The notes: generated by a model from the letters alone, not told the origin. DNA of 63,044 bases, filler included, from Folioceros fuciformis (GCA_049999805.1; 11 parts of 11 records of this genome joined end to end with filler, not necessarily neighbours in it), one strand, 5' to 3'. Shown: positions 26,368 to 40,660, counted from the first letter of the whole stretch. Numbers and translations: made by a program.

Positions 26368-29300
26368 CTAGACACTCACAGGCGATGTCTGTGCAACGAG
26401 ACATACAGACACGAAAACGAAATTAGCTGCATGCAAGGGCCAAATCTCTGAGAAGCGTTCATTCGTATAACTCACCTTTAAATTCCAAATATCTGTTGCA
26501 TATTCCTCGATGGTCCGATCACTGCTGAAACGTCCCATTTTGGCTGTACTGATCTGCAAAATTCCAAGACAGCTATGAGATGGGATACTGTGACACGCGT
26601 GACACATCGGCATGATTTTACAGTGAACAATTACTCTACACCTACAATGCATCGTCGCGTCCATTCTGAAGTGTTCACAAAGAGATGGTCCACTGCAACC
26701 TGTCAATTTAAGACCACGTCAGCTGCAGCTTACCTTCATTCTCGAACAAGGCATTCACTTTTCAACATCTGTCATCGGAAAGCAAGAAAAGGGCACACTA
26801 TATCACATGCTCATCGATATATGAAGGCCAGTCATGGTTGAGCAAGTAAAAGTCGTTGCCATTTAGGACTGAGTCTAACAATGGTTGAAAGGTGGCAACA
26901 TCGCCAAACATGCCAGACTCGATCAACCGGAACACCTGTGCGCAAGCACAACAGTAACTCTGTCAGATAAAAGTAGTCGGAATGGAAAGAAATCCTGCTG
27001 TCTTGTAAGGCGGCAAGTTCATGGGTCATTGACGTCACCTGTACTAGGCGATCATCCATTACGACATCATGGGATTTCATGGCAAGTCGAATGCTGTCAG
27101 TCTCATCAGCCCGAGCTCCAAAAATGAACATATTCGCATTACCAATCACATCTGCGATTTCGACGTTTGCACCGTCCATAGTACCAATGATCAGTCCACC
27201 ATTCATGGCAAATTTCATGTTCGAGGTTCCACTGGCTTCCATCCCTGCTGTAGAGATATGCTGAGATATGTCACTGGCTGGAACGACAGCCTGGCCAACC
27301 AGACGCGTGTCAAATTCTCTTGCAGACTTGGTGTCCAAGGAAGCAGTATGACAGAGGTGACAAATGAGACCATGTACCTCAGCAATGGAAACACTGTAGT
27401 TCGGGATGAAGACAACTTTCAGCAAATCCCCAACTTCAGGGTCATTATTGACCTGTTCAGCAACCCTAAGCAAAGCACATACATCATGACAGCTGAATGG
27501 AGGACATAGCAACATACCAAAGCGACTTTCGCCTAAGAAGCCAAGACAGATAAGTGAAAGCTATGCTCGTCCCTGATAATGGTTAGTCAAAGCTAGGCAT
27601 GCCTCGGAAGAATCATTCCTAATGTTTAATTACACTTGCTACAGATACGTACCCGTTGATGAGATGAATGATGCACTTGGCAAGATAGTAGCCCGGTGCT
27701 GCTTTGCCAGCAAAAATGACAACACGGGGCACCATGGCCGCCACCTCAGACGCTGTGCTACTCTGCTTTGCACAAGAAACGGAAAAAAATAGGCATGGAG
27801 ATCACAGTTGGCATCAGAATTCAACACTGCAAAAGGACGTTAAAAGGGTTTGCACTTTGATTGTGTGAAGCCGATGGATAACACTGAAAATGTTCAGCAG
27901 TTGGCGCTTGTATTCATGAACACGCTTAATATGTACATCGAATAGTGCCCTTTCATCAACCTGTGAATGCCCACCACAGTCAACCACGCTGAAGACATAT
28001 GCCAGTACACATGGACTGAGGGAACCTGCATAAAAGACATTATGGAAAGCAACTTACCTCCACTCCAACTAACCGCCTGATAAGATTGGCCAACCGTCTT
28101 TTGTTCTGAAGCTTTGCGTTTTGCCACTCCCTTTGCAATTCCACGTTCGCGGAGAACCTCAACAACCCCTACAAACAAGGGCCAGCTTAGTCCAATGTAA
28201 CCTCTTCAAGCGATTAGGTGAGAGACAGAGACAGCGATGGCAACCAGATGAAGGGATGGCATTCAAGGTAATCACATGTAGGAGGCCAAGCCTTGAGATC
28301 CAGCGATCTGTCTCAAGCCACTTGCTTATGACCTGATCCACATAACTGTTGACGGTCAGATGGCTGGAATGCAGGCAATGCAATCTAGGTTTCTTGCACG
28401 TGTTCGGTACCTGACTCAAACAAGGATTGGCGATGTGGATCCACCTGCGGGGAGTTACTCCATTCGTTTTATTTTGAAACTTACCGGGTGTGAGCTCCAC
28501 AAACGCAGGGAATAGACGAGTTTTAACCAGGTCAGAATGTATTTCTGCAACACCATTCACCGTATGAGACCCGACCGTTGCAAGAATAGCCATCCGAACC
28601 ATCTTTGGATAACTTTCCTCGATAATACTCATCTTGCCAAGTCTTTCTGGGTCCTCTCCCCATTTATTCTTCACTGCCTGCAAAGTAACACGTTAGGAAC
28701 ATAAAAGCAGAGGCACCCTAAAGTGGTGTCCCAACACGCAGAGACCATACCTGCAGGTGACGGTAGTTGATTTCATATATTATTTGCAGGTGACGAGGAA
28801 GCAATATTTCAAGAAGAGGAACGGGCCACTTCTCCAGTGCTTCTGGAAGAATCGTGTGATTTGTATATGCAAAGGTTCTAGTTGTAATTGACCAAGCATC
28901 ATTCCACTCCATATGCTGCAAATCAACAGACCCGATTTAGACAGTGCGTGGCAACATGACGTCCTTCCGCGCTTAGCCCAGAATGACAGACCTCTTCATC
29001 CAGTAAAAGTCGCATAAGCTCTGGAATTGCAATAGTCGGATGAGTGTCATTTAGTTGCACAGCAACCTTTGTGTGCAACTCCTGCAGACTTCTACCTGTC
29101 GCCTTGTATCTAACGAGTATATCCTGAAAATTTGTGTCAACCTTAGTGTAATTCAAATGTCCATCAACACAAACTTCCCTTCCCATCGACAATCACAAAA
29201 CTCAAGAGTACATTGAACAGGAGAGGAAGCTAAACCTAAAGCTTACTTGCAGACTGGCTGAAACAAAGAAGAATTGCTGCTTCAAACGCAATTCCTTGCC

Positions 29301-30758
29301 AGCATCAGAATTATCATTGGGGTAGAGTACGCTGCTTATTGCCTCAGCTCGATCTCGAGCCTGGACAGCTACGGTGTGCTGTCCTGCATTGAACGCTTGG
29401 AGATTGAATTCCTCAGACGGTCGACTGCACACAACTTGTAACAAGTTAGCCTAGAAGCAACAGGACTTTTCCTGACGTCATGGTGGTAGAATGAACTAGA
29501 CTACCTGTCCCAAAGCCGCAGTGTGTTGGTGTTATATGTACCATATCCTGGGATGGGAGTGTCATATGCCACTGCTATGATCAATTCACCTCCTTCCCAA
29601 TTAAACCGAACACCGCCCCCACTCGTTGAGCATGTTACCGAGCCATAAAATCTTACTGGGTACTGCACGTTAATACGCTCAATCTCCCATGGATTCCCAT
29701 TTTTCAGCCAATAATCTGGTTTCTCAACTTGCTTGTTTTCCACGATTGTCTGCTCAAACAAGCCGTATTTGTAACGGATTCCATACCTGCAGTCAGGGGT
29801 TCCTAATCAGTCGCAGAATGTAAGAAAGACATTTTGAGATGACCAGGTGTGTCAGACACAACACAACACAACAAGCCACGTTCTCCATCTAAGCAACAGG
29901 AATATTTTGGCAAAGATGTACATAGGGAGAACAAACCCAGAAACAGCTGCACCCACCCCCAGGCAGGGTAGTTGAGTGTTGCCAATGAGTCCAGGAAGCA
30001 TGCTGCGAGACGACCAAGACCACCATTTCCAAGACCGGGGTCCTTCTCCTCCTCTGCCTACAGCTTTGACAAGTCAAATCTGTGCTGGGGAACCTTCCAA
30101 CTTGAACATCAACCTGAAGCATTTCTTACCGTTTCCTCAAGAACATATCCTAAGCGCTTCAACACCTCCGAGTAGGGACCCTGTCATGCCAGGGACGGGT
30201 TTAGCTCAAATCGTGGTTTACCAAGAAGGCTTAAAGACTAGGGTTAGAGTGCAATGTACGAAAGCTACGTGGTGGTCTGGACTACAGACCTGGACACCGA
30301 GATTAGAGATAGCATTCAGCAGCGTTCGTCCCATCAAAAACTCCAGCGACAGATAGTAAACTCTCTTGTCATCCTGCAAAACAGGTGAACGCTCTCACCA
30401 ACGTCGGCTCCACACACCGATACGCTCCATCCCCAAAATTGTGGCCAAGAGTTGCCAGTACAAGAGGACAGGAAAGTGATACCTCCTGTGCATAATGCAG
30501 CTCCGTATCAATCCAACGCTCAATTAGATGATCCCTCACACTTTGCGCCGTGGCTCGGTACAGAACCGGAGGAGTGAGAGGAGCCGCACGGTGAGCGAGC
30601 GTGATATGCGTGTGGTAAAGCAATGACTGCAGCAGCGTGTCATCCTCCTCTCCCGCCTGCACCACAGGCCTGGGCGGCACGGTGATGGCATTTCCATTGC
30701 TCACATGGTGCTCGTGCTGGTTCCGGGAGCGCTGGCTGCCCCTTTGGTGGCTAGCCAT
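26368..30758 (-). CDS. Alpha-glucan (glycogen/starch) phosphorylase, GT35, multi-exon
   Basis: [105 protein letters not shown] (PLP lysine), [11 protein letters not shown]. Likely last mini-exon TSPVSV-stop at 26368-26388. Confidence 0.96.
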
Positions 30759-32576
30759 GGTTCATCCACAACCTCACGCACGCCCTCTCTCGCTTCTCCC
30801 TTCTCTACACACCTGCCCAGCAAGTGATATCTTCAGGAAGCTGCATTCCACGCTGTGAAGCAAATTCCACTCAGCGCCGAGATTGAAGCAAGCACAAGAG
30901 CACTGCAGCCCAACAAACCTCCAGAAATCCAGGCTGCCTGCCAGGCTCATCAGCTTCGACCGGCGGAGCTCAAAGGCTGCCGGGGCATCGCCCACCAAAC
31001 ACAGCGATGAAGACGATGAAGAACAAGAAGCCGCATCCGCACGCCTGTGACCGACACCGCGGGAGGATCACATCCGACGCAGCAGGTGAGCGCTGGACAG
31101 GTGTCGATGAGGTGCCCATGGCCATGGAGCCCGCACCCGCAAACACAGCTGGAGTGGTAGGACGACAGCGATCGACACCACCAGCTTCCGGTTCCCAGGA
31201 TTGGTCCACTGCCCTGCTACAGGCCAAACGGTTGTACAACGTGCTATTCCTGTTTACACCAAGTCTGCCTACTGCCCAGTTCTCCTCCAGGCTCCACACA
31301 TGGTAACGTGCGCTGGTGTTAGCTGGAAAGCGCGGTCCGAATTTCCCAGTGTCGTCACTGTGGAGCTCGCGGGATCTGTCTCTACCTGCGCGCCGCGACG
31401 ATGCGGGGTGTGGCCCAGTACCAACCAACTGCAGTGACGATAGACAACGAGGCCTGCATCAGCAACCTCACAAGCTCGGATCTCTGTCAGGCTATGCCGT
31501 CTTCTGTCTTTAAGCTGTGGAGTGGCAAGGCGGCTAAGGGGTCCGTCACAGACAAGTCACGTCCCTTTGTACTTGTTTATTCATCTCCACAATCCGGATC
31601 TGCTGTTGACAGGCCTGAGACACAGGTGTGACACAGTGTCTGCTGCAGGTCCAGTTGACGATGAAGGACCTGGCAAACTGTCACACGCCAGGATTCATAC
31701 ATGTGCGGAATCAGGGAGAGTCGACTGCGTGCTTCTGTACCGGATGTATCTACTGTCTTGCCTTGTTTTTTTCTAGTTCGTTGCAGTTCGAACCGCTCAT
31801 GTCCATCATCTGCTCCATGTCAAACAGGAGCGGTAACGGAGGGAGGCTACACGGCTCTCACAGCCCTGTTGGTAGCTGGTATCCGCAGATTCCAGGTCAC
31901 GAAGACGGGACTATGGCAACGGTGAACCTGACGCGATCACTCACCTGTACGATCGGCAGCAGTAGCCCAGCGGGGCCAGTTGAGAGTGACCCATCACTCT
32001 TGTGCGGTCACCGCTAGACTACTGCTGCAGATCAGACAAAGTAAGTGATGTGACGAGAGCAAACGGGGAGAAAGGTCTGGTGATGTTGTACCACTCTGAT
32101 GGGAGAAACGTGACCACCTCAGGGATGGGGCCGAGACCCTAAAGTAGAGGAAGGGGCTGTGAGTTGGTTTCCCCCATTATGGGTGCTCACAGTTGCATGT
32201 CCCATGCCACCCCTTGGATGCTCCGAACGGCATGAAACCCGTTTTGTCGCAAAGTCGTTTCCTTTGATCATGAGCCCCATCTGAGGCAAGCATACCCTCC
32301 AAGGAGTGATCAGCTGGGACTCGAGTCAAGTCCAGATCTTCAGTAGAGACGAGTCGGTCCTCGACACGGAGGACAAATATATCATAACAATGTGGATCCG
32401 ATTGGCTTGTCGTACAAGCCACACGAATTCCTAGTTGAGAGCTGGCCAGAGCTCTTCCCTGAAGTGAAATGCTTGGGCATCTCAAAGCGTGGCCCCATCC
32501 ACGTCATGGGGATCATTGGGATCCATGAGGACATCTCGAGTTAAACCATAACCAATCACATTGTTTGCAAATTGTT

Positions 32577-32633
32577 CTTAAGACTTGTTCTCCAAGTTTC
32601 TTAAGACTTGTTCTTCAAGTTTCTTAAGACTTG
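32577..32633. repeat. 23-bp tandem repeat, about 2.5 copies
   Basis: CTTAAGACTTGT at 32577, 32600 and 32623. Confidence 0.75.
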
Positions 32634-33912
32634 TGCTAAGGCTTAGCAACAGAGTTGGTCTCCATCATATTTTAACCTCCTTTGCACATACATACATTTT
32701 AATTATTGATATACATACTTTTAAAACCTATTATGATATTAAAATATTACAAAAACTAATTATAATTTGAATTTCCTTTCATGAAAAAAATCATTCATCT
32801 TTTATTTAAAAGTGCTCTAACATGAATGAAGGTGCACTTAAAATATAAAAAGATCTCAACTCAAGTCTTTATCCAAAATATAGTACATAAAGACATGTTT
32901 TGGAGCCACTAACCTAGGAGTCCGTTGTCCAAAATAATGTTGCTCAATAATTTCAGTTTCACACACATGAGACTGGTGTAAAGTCCCTCTTTCGTGCCAT
33001 GCTAAGCATATCCAAAGCTTGCCTGCCCAAGGGACGCAGAGAGCATAAGTCCTTTCCTTCTCCCCTTGTGGGAGTCAATATTTGCGAGATAATCGCGACA
33101 ACTACGTATGCACAGTCACAAGGGTCCCAGTTATCACCGTGAGTTGCGGCCAAAGTCGGGTATCATGCGAGGTGGCCCTTGTTCGCGCGTACCCTTGTCC
33201 AAGGTGGTGGCCCGGAAGGCGGGGGGTTTAGGCCCTGACCACGGTGGTTTAGGGTTTTAGCTCGTGTCCTGGAATAAGCGCTTGCTTCTGGGACACTCTT
33301 TCCTTCAGCTGGCTCCTCATGCATTTCACTACCGGAATTAGCGTCGTCTACCTGCTGATTATCGAGGTCTGCCGGGCTGCAGAGCCAGTCCAGGATCCAA
33401 GGAGTGCAGTCTGGGCAATGGACCGTGCAGCAGAGATTGGGATCTCTGGTATTCAGAATGTTGCCTTATTTTGACCGCGCGCTTGGTCTAGAGGTTTTGC
33501 GCTGCGGCTGAGGGAAGATGAGAGCGGACCGGCCTGTTTGTTGAGTCCTGTGCAGATGGATGCTGTCCGACTGAAGCAGGCTTTTGTGGACGATCTGTAG
33601 CGGAATTCGTGAATGTGCAATCAGCCGAGCATGGTGGCGTAGTGAGCGCGTTTAGGGTCGGTACGTGAGGATCGTACCTCTCCTGATCCTTATTAAGGAT
33701 GGCGGCCTCCTGCTTCGGTTTGAGAGGGCTTGCAGCTGCAATCGCTGCCGCGCCTTTCGTGCTGGGGAATTCAGCATTGGCAGAAAAGAGGACCCTTGCC
33801 GATGTATTTCCGNNNNNNNNNNNNNNNNNNNNNNNNNNNNNNNNNNNNNNNNNNNNTTAATTAATTAANNNNNNNNNNNNNNNNNNNNNNNNNNNNNNNN
33901 NNNNNNNNNNNN

Positions 33913-36003
33913 GATCAGGATTGTGTACCTGCGTTGTGCTGCGGGCCACTGCGTTTTTCAAGTTGTAGGATGCTCGGTCACCTGAAGTCCAAGAACCGAA
34001 ACCGAACCTGCACAAACGGAGAAGATGAGGGAGGCGGGAACCCCAATGTGGTCACGTGGTTGACAGATTTGTTGGAGAGAGAACGCACCCCACGACGAAA
34101 AAGGCATAGCCGTCTATGTGCCACGACTGGATCTGGATCTCGTAGTTCTGGAACACAATCTCCAAGAACCCCCGGTAATCCCCTGCCAGAACAGGGGTGC
34201 CCAGAGCAGGGCTCCCGCCCTGTGGTGTCTTGGACATGCCGTTCAGTGTGAAAATTCCATGGATGCCCAGGAAATCTGCAAGCTTGATGGGCGTTTCCGG
34301 GACCACGAATGACACGTCGTTGACGGCAAAGCGTTGCAGGCCTCTGATGACTGGCGCGGAATTGGCTATCAGAAAGGTTTCGGTGACTTTGATTAGTCCG
34401 TAGTGGAAGGAGCCCTGAGGATTGGGACGTGCTGCACCCGTGGTTAGATTCCACCTGCATGGGAAATGAAATGTGGGTCATGAATTCGGCTGGACATCCA
34501 GGACCTGCTGACTGTCATGGTCCGTAGATCTGGAGGAGGGAGGGACCGGAGTCAAACCTGATGCTGCGGGCTTGCTTGAGTGACGATTTGATGTCTCGAG
34601 GCTTGGGAGCGGCTGGCAGTGGCCCCGACGCACCTTGCTGAGAGTTGGAGTAGTGAAGTACGGCCACCCCGGGAGCTGTGATTGCAGGATCCTCAAACCG
34701 TGCACTGGCCACGATGTAGTAGTCTCGGGAGCTTTGGTTTGCTGTGACCAGGACAGAACAGGACTGCCCGACGTGGATGTCCAGATTATCATACCACACC
34801 TGCTTCGTGTACGAGCCCTCTGCCTCAACCAGCAGGAGCTTGTGGCTTTCAATCCGGAAGTTGAGAGAGGTTGAACTGCCAACATTTGATATCCTGAGAC
34901 GGACAGTGGCACCTGCAAGTTCCAGGACGGGGATCTCAGCTGCAATCGCCTCTGAATTCGAAGCAGGCAGTTGCAGCTAGCGCTGTCTGCTGCAAATTGC
35001 AGATGTGTGGAGGAGACGGGTCATGGGTACTTCACCGGGATTCACTGTGACGGTCGTGTGGCTGCCATTGCCGAAAGGCCCCTTCCCGTTGATGAGCACT
35101 CCATCGGGAGCCCGGAGGAGCTTTCCGTCTTCTAGCTGCGCTCGCAGGGTCTGCAGAAAATAAATGAAGAGGATTTAGTAGACTTGTCCAACTGCAGCGA
35201 AGAGTGGGAGCTGCTCCACAAGGCTCTATGGCCGGTCAGACTTACGGTGTAGGGACTGTGGAACCAGTCCCCGACCAGGATTGTGACATCGTCATCCGGA
35301 GGGGCAAAGGGGACCGAGATGACCGGCCTGTTGTCGAAGCGGATGCCGCCAAATCCGCCAGCAGCTTTTTGGAAGAAAGCAGAGGGGGCGTAGAAGAAGC
35401 TCCCAATCTGATCCTTGGCTTGGAAGTGGTAGGTCCAGTTGTGGCCGGGAAGGATAGGGCAGTTGGTGCCCGGGACTCCATCTTGCCAAGAGTTGTGGCG
35501 CAGTTGGACTCCATTCCTGCCACCAGTTCCAAGCCATCCTTTTGAAAACCATTGTCTTTGGCAGCTTGCAATGTTTGCCATGTGCCGCTCCAAATAAGGA
35601 CCAGTAGTACCCTACCATGTAAGGAGGAAAGGTTCGTCCAGATTGTTGAACACGTTGATAACAAGGTTCCAATTTGTGGTAGCATGGAGCACGGGTCCAG
35701 GGAACAGGCCGTTGATAGCAATCACCTGGCAGAGCAATCGAATCCACATGCATGCAACCAATACGCTAAGTACGCAACTGAAGCAGCAGCTGCAGCGAAC
35801 AATTTGATCGAAGCACACAGGCTGCGAGAACGCAGTGTGCAAAGTACCTTCTGACGCACTCCGAGTGGCGCTGCTGTGACGGTCGTCACATTCCACGCCA
35901 GAGACAGAGTGGGGTCCTCCGCCCTGAGACCCGGGAGGACCAAGTTGAAGAGCAGCAACAGCAGCAGCCACAAAGAGGGCTGTAAACTGGTGCCTCTCGC
36001 CAT
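33913..36003 (-). CDS. SKU5-similar (SKS) multicopper-oxidase-like protein, 3' end lost in the gap
   Basis: Signal peptide MARG...LLLLLLFNLVLPGLRAEDP; INGLFPGP, NNLDEPFLLTWNGVQLRHNSWQDG, QAKDQIGSFFY, RISNVG, ARSIRWNLTTGAARPNPQGSFHYG, QSWHIDGYAFFVVG. Most copper-ligand His residues are replaced, as is typical of the SKS family. Confidence 0.93.
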
Positions 36004-37177
36004 CGCTGTATACCGTGGAGACAACCCAATTACAGAAGACTCAAGCAGAGACGGGCTAGGATCTCTAATGCAGCAGCTGATGAGGAGCTGCCATCTTGAA
36101 AGAGTAATGCCAGAGCTTGTACGAAGAGCTGTGTTGAAGAGCAAATGCCAAGAACGAGGGACTTGATGAGTGTCTGATGCGCATGGTGGCCCACGAGAGA
36201 GTGAACAGAGCAAAGGTACAGGGAAGGCATGCCCGGAGTAGGAGTCGACACGCTGCGCAGCTCATCCTGCGTACAGCCTACACGCAGGCATGAAGGAGTG
36301 ATTGAATGCAGATCCTGCAGGGCACGGTCGTCGCCGTCGCCTAAATAAACCTCATGAGCAAATGAACGCGCCTGCTCGCTGTATCCCCGGTACCCCGTGC
36401 TGCCGACGTCCTCTCACCTCTCCTCCGGGCCGCAAACACTCCGGCAACTGGCTTCTCTTTGCACCGTCCGCAATGCTATCCCGCAAGATGAGCGTTTCAA
36501 ACCTGAAGGCGATATCGGAAGCGGTTCTGTTCGACGGGCTTGCACCAGGCGCGAGCACAAGGACGAGCTCACGTCTTTGCCAGGCAGCAATGCGATGTGA
36601 CAACATGTCAGGCTGAATGAACGGCCTCTCGAATTTGTGCTCCTCCCGCCATTCCCACCCTAGGTACAACTGAGTCTTGCCTATGCTTCTTGCGCTAGAG
36701 GACCAACGATGTGTAAGTACGTCTGAAGTCGGTATGACCAGTACTGTACGTCTGACGTGATTCTTTCAGAGCCCGCCATGCCCGGCTGCCCAGCTATGTA
36801 CAGTACTCCACATGAGGTGCATCACGTGACCTCTACAGTCTGGTACTGGCAGCCTGTCCTTGGGAGAACACCCGACTGTGACTAACGGGTGTGCAGCCAC
36901 TGCAGGGATGAAGCCTCCAGGTAAGCACAGCCGTGTACAGTACGTACGAGAGCCTCCAAGGCACTGTATGCTTACAGGAAAGCACTCGTTTACGAGGCAC
37001 TGTGACAGGACTTGGACTTCGGTAGAACAGGTTACAACAGGAGCGCGATTCTCTCAAAGTGGCGAGCTGCACGTCAAGTACACATTTAAGCTTTCCGGAA
37101 CAAGCAGAAAACCTTAGACCACATTGACAGCATATTGTATTGTACATGGCACTGCTACCCCGGAATAGAAGAATACC

Positions 37178-39383
37178 TGGTAGCTTTTAGTGTCTGTCTG
37201 CTTGACCAATCAGCCACTGTATCAGCACATTGGGGCTGGTCCTTGAACTCCAAATACAAAGAAAACATCACGTGTAATGACTCCACCCGGCTTTTATATC
37301 TATCCACAAGAAGAAGAGTGCGCCAAATCAGAACCCCAGAAATCGCAGCTACAGCCCATGGAGGCCCTACACAATACTAGACCATAACGGTAGAGAGGGT
37401 GGCGGGATGAGTACACAGGAATGTCCAGAATGGCACAACAAATATCACTGAATGTAGGAAGATCAACATCCAGCTTTGCTGATGGAAGTTCAACCTCCTC
37501 AAGCACTTTCTCAATCTCTGGTGGCCACTCCTGCAACATGGAAATGCAGTTGCTCATTCTAACGGTACATTGTGGTCCAGTTTGGCGTAGAAAGATATGC
37601 CGCCCATACCTGCATGAGCTTATCAATATCTGGCATTGGCTTTGAGTAAATGACTGACGGAGGAGGATTATTCCTGTGCAAGTCCCTGATACTTGTGATC
37701 CAAGCATCTATTTTCTTTGGGTTCTTGTCTGCATTCTCCAGCGAGCTCACCTGCATACCGTTAACGAAACGGGAATGTTAAGCTAGAGCTCTCCGTTTCC
37801 TTCCGATACCTGCTGGAAGTTTTTCTCCACCATCTCACCTGAAGTGGAAACTGGCTTGCTTGCATAGAAGCAGCTCGAAGCTGCAAGCTTACAACAGCCG
37901 GATCGCTTTGTTTTGGCCCACTCTCATCTAGAACCTGACAGGAATGAAACAAAAGCTTCGATTCAACCGATGGACTGCTGCGCAGACACATGAGAGCTTA
38001 GAGACTGGAAAAGTTGACAGGCATGTAACAGGCGTTCAATGATAGCAAGCCCACGAAAGCCCATTTCTGTCCCCCCGGACACCCACATCTCCCTCAACTA
38101 CCTTCAACCCTAAGTGGTCTGGGACACCATCTGGTCGAGGCACTTTGAGGAACTCATCAATCGCGCCAACAGCAGGTATATAATCGGGGATGAAAGGCCT
38201 CAGTATAGTCCCTATCTCCACACCTTGCGGCTTGAAGCTGTCAATGTACTGAAAGAGCCCACTGATTTCCTCACTCACCTGCAGCGGCAACATCTCACCT
38301 CCATCACATTCATGAGCAGGCCCCGCCACCCAAAAGCCTCTCACGCTATCCAACAAGCCATACTTGAAAATGCTCATACGCAGACGCATCGCCATGCAAA
38401 ATCAATGGAATATCCAAAGGCGTCAAGCTTCCGTTGTCTGAAGAGTCCCGGCTACTTGGCTCGTCTTTGGCAGTTGGCAACGACAGACCGGGATCGCTGA
38501 CAGGCAGAAACAGCAAACGGAAACGTTCATGGCCTTAACCACGATTGACCTACCTTCCTCTCTCCACAAGGGTCCCAACAATCCCTCATGTGTGAACCAG
38601 GCAGAGCACAGAGCATCATCACCTGGCGGGCACTGGAGTTGCGGACTGCACACATTACCAAGCCCGGAATAAGCAACGAAGCTCCGTCTCTGGCAAACCC
38701 TTGGCCATCCGAGCAAAAGCAGTACCTGCGGCCTGAAGGAGTTGGCTGAGGTCTGCTCAAAAAGGCCATCGCTTGCGGATTGGTGCAAGGCCCTTCTACT
38801 CTGCAGCCTGTCACCTGCCACATCCACCAGAAAAGGAACTTCCCACACTGAGCCTTTCCATCACATCCCATCCCATCCCGCCATAATCCAGCACACACTT
38901 CCTACGTCCACCTACCTACCTGCCGACTTCTCAATTGCGCCCTGCATGCTCAGCAGCTGATGCGCGTTGTCCAGCTCACTCTCCCCGGTGCGCGAAGCGG
39001 CGCTGGAGGCGTCTGAAAGCTGCAACAAACTGAGGAATCACACCACACCACTTGCCACAGCCCCGCCTCCCTGCTCATGGGATCAGGAAACGTACGCCGT
39101 CGTGCATGGTGAAATCATAGTTGGTCTGCCGGGAGAAGGACCTGAGCGGCGACACCATCGCTCTGATGTGCGTGGGAGAAATTAGCAGGGCGGGAGACAG
39201 ACCACCTTCAGCCATCGGCGGAGACATGACGTAGGGAGGAGACGGCAAAATCTGCGTCGACTCCCGATGCGCTTGTCCAAGTGCATCCGGAACAGCATCT
39301 CTGGCTCCCGCTGGAGACAACGAATCTCCGGACAATGTGGGAGAATTCAAACCAGGTGACGAAGATGCCGTGGTGGAGGCCAT
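37178..39383 (-). CDS. IFT46: Intraflagellar transport protein 46 (IFT-B complex)
   Basis: LFQYIDSFKPQ...LRPFIPDYIPAVGAIDEFLKVPRPDG, VLDE...QSDP, IDAWITSI...PMPDIDKLMQEWP, CAILDIPV|YKSRVESLHVMFSLYLEFK across GT-AG introns. The start (39383) and a final exon below 37178 are approximate. Confidence 0.9.
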
Positions 39384-39793
39384 TCCTTCCACCTCGCTTG
39401 AGACAGGCAAGCAATTCTTGCGCGCTCAAGCAAGCGGCGACAACAAACTCCTCCCACATTTCCACGCTCTGTGCATCCTTGTCGTTGCAAACCACCACTC
39501 TTCCGGTCCGGACCCACATTTCCACACAAATTGTGCATATTTCTAGGTACTGTTCACTTTTTCAAGCAGGTACAGGTAAGTACATAATAAATAATTGAAT
39601 AAACCGTGACATAATGGATACTTTAAACGCTTTGCAAAATAACTTACTAAACTTCTGTATAATATTGAAAGAACTAAGGAATGAATGCAAACGCCCTTTC
39701 CTTTCCTTGCCCTATATCTGGACCCTACATATTTAGGTCTTTAGCACGAAAATAGTCTTAGACTTTATGAATACAGGGAAACCACATCAACAA

Positions 39794-39941
39794 AAGAAGT
39801 AGTGCAAGTTTTTCTTCATTTTGGTAATAACAAGAAGTAGTACAAGTTTTTCTTCATTTTGGCAACAACAAGAAGTAGTGCAAGCTCTTCTTCATTTTGA
39901 CAACAAGAAGAAGTAGTGCAAGTTCTTCTTCATTTTGGCAA
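39794..39941. repeat. 38-bp tandem repeat, 4 copies, running into the gap
   Basis: AAGAAGTAGTGCAAGTTTTTCTTCATTTTGG..C units at 39794, 39832, 39870 and 39908. Confidence 0.9.
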
Positions 39942-40660
39942 NNNNNNNNNNNNNNNNNNNNNNNNNNNNNNNNNNNNNNNNNNNNTTAATTAATTAANNN
40001 NNNNNNNNNNNNNNNNNNNNNNNNNNNNNNNNNNNNNNNNNTGCTGAGAAATCGTTGAGAAATTGTTAGGAGAGTTTGCTGAGGTTTGAACCAGATTGCT
40101 AGGAAATTTCTTAGGAATCCCTGGATGTTTGTGGAGGACTATGGAAGGCTACTGATGTTGCTATAAGATTGCTGGAGACATTGCTGAAGAGCTGGAGAAA
40201 ACGGCTGAGAAGATTGTTGGAGAATGGAGGAAGAATGCTGAAGATTGGATGTGAAATTTGGAGAGTTGCTGCGAGATTTCGAGGTGTTTGTGAGCGGCTA
40301 TGAAAGCCTATGGAAACCCATGAGAGATTGTGAGGGATTGTGAGGAGTTGTGAAGGATTTGCTGGAGATTGGTAGGCATTGCTGAAGATTGAAACGCTTG
40401 GGGCAGGCATGTGAGAATAATTGTGATCCAGAGCTCTTGTGTGTGTTTTGTATGTGTGTGGAGTGCTGCATGAGTGTGTGGGGAGGTGTGGCTGATCCGC
40501 AAGGCTTTGTTCCCCAAGGATCAGCCCTTGCATGTGTGGGGAGCATGGAATAACCCAGCTTTGTGAGTTTGGAAGGTCTAGGGCAGAAACCCGTAGGTGG
40601 AAACCTGTGGCGGCACCTACGCTGGAAATAATTAGTTAGGGTTTGGGGTGGGACCCACCA

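Noticed and set aside
31007-32017. ORF chain divergent from the phosphorylase with apparent 15-23 nt introns
   Set aside because: The introns needed are implausibly short, and there is no recognisable protein; cannot be supported without transcripts.
34090-35520. Missing copper-ligand histidines in the multicopper oxidase
   Set aside because: Normal, well-known property of SKU5/SKS proteins.
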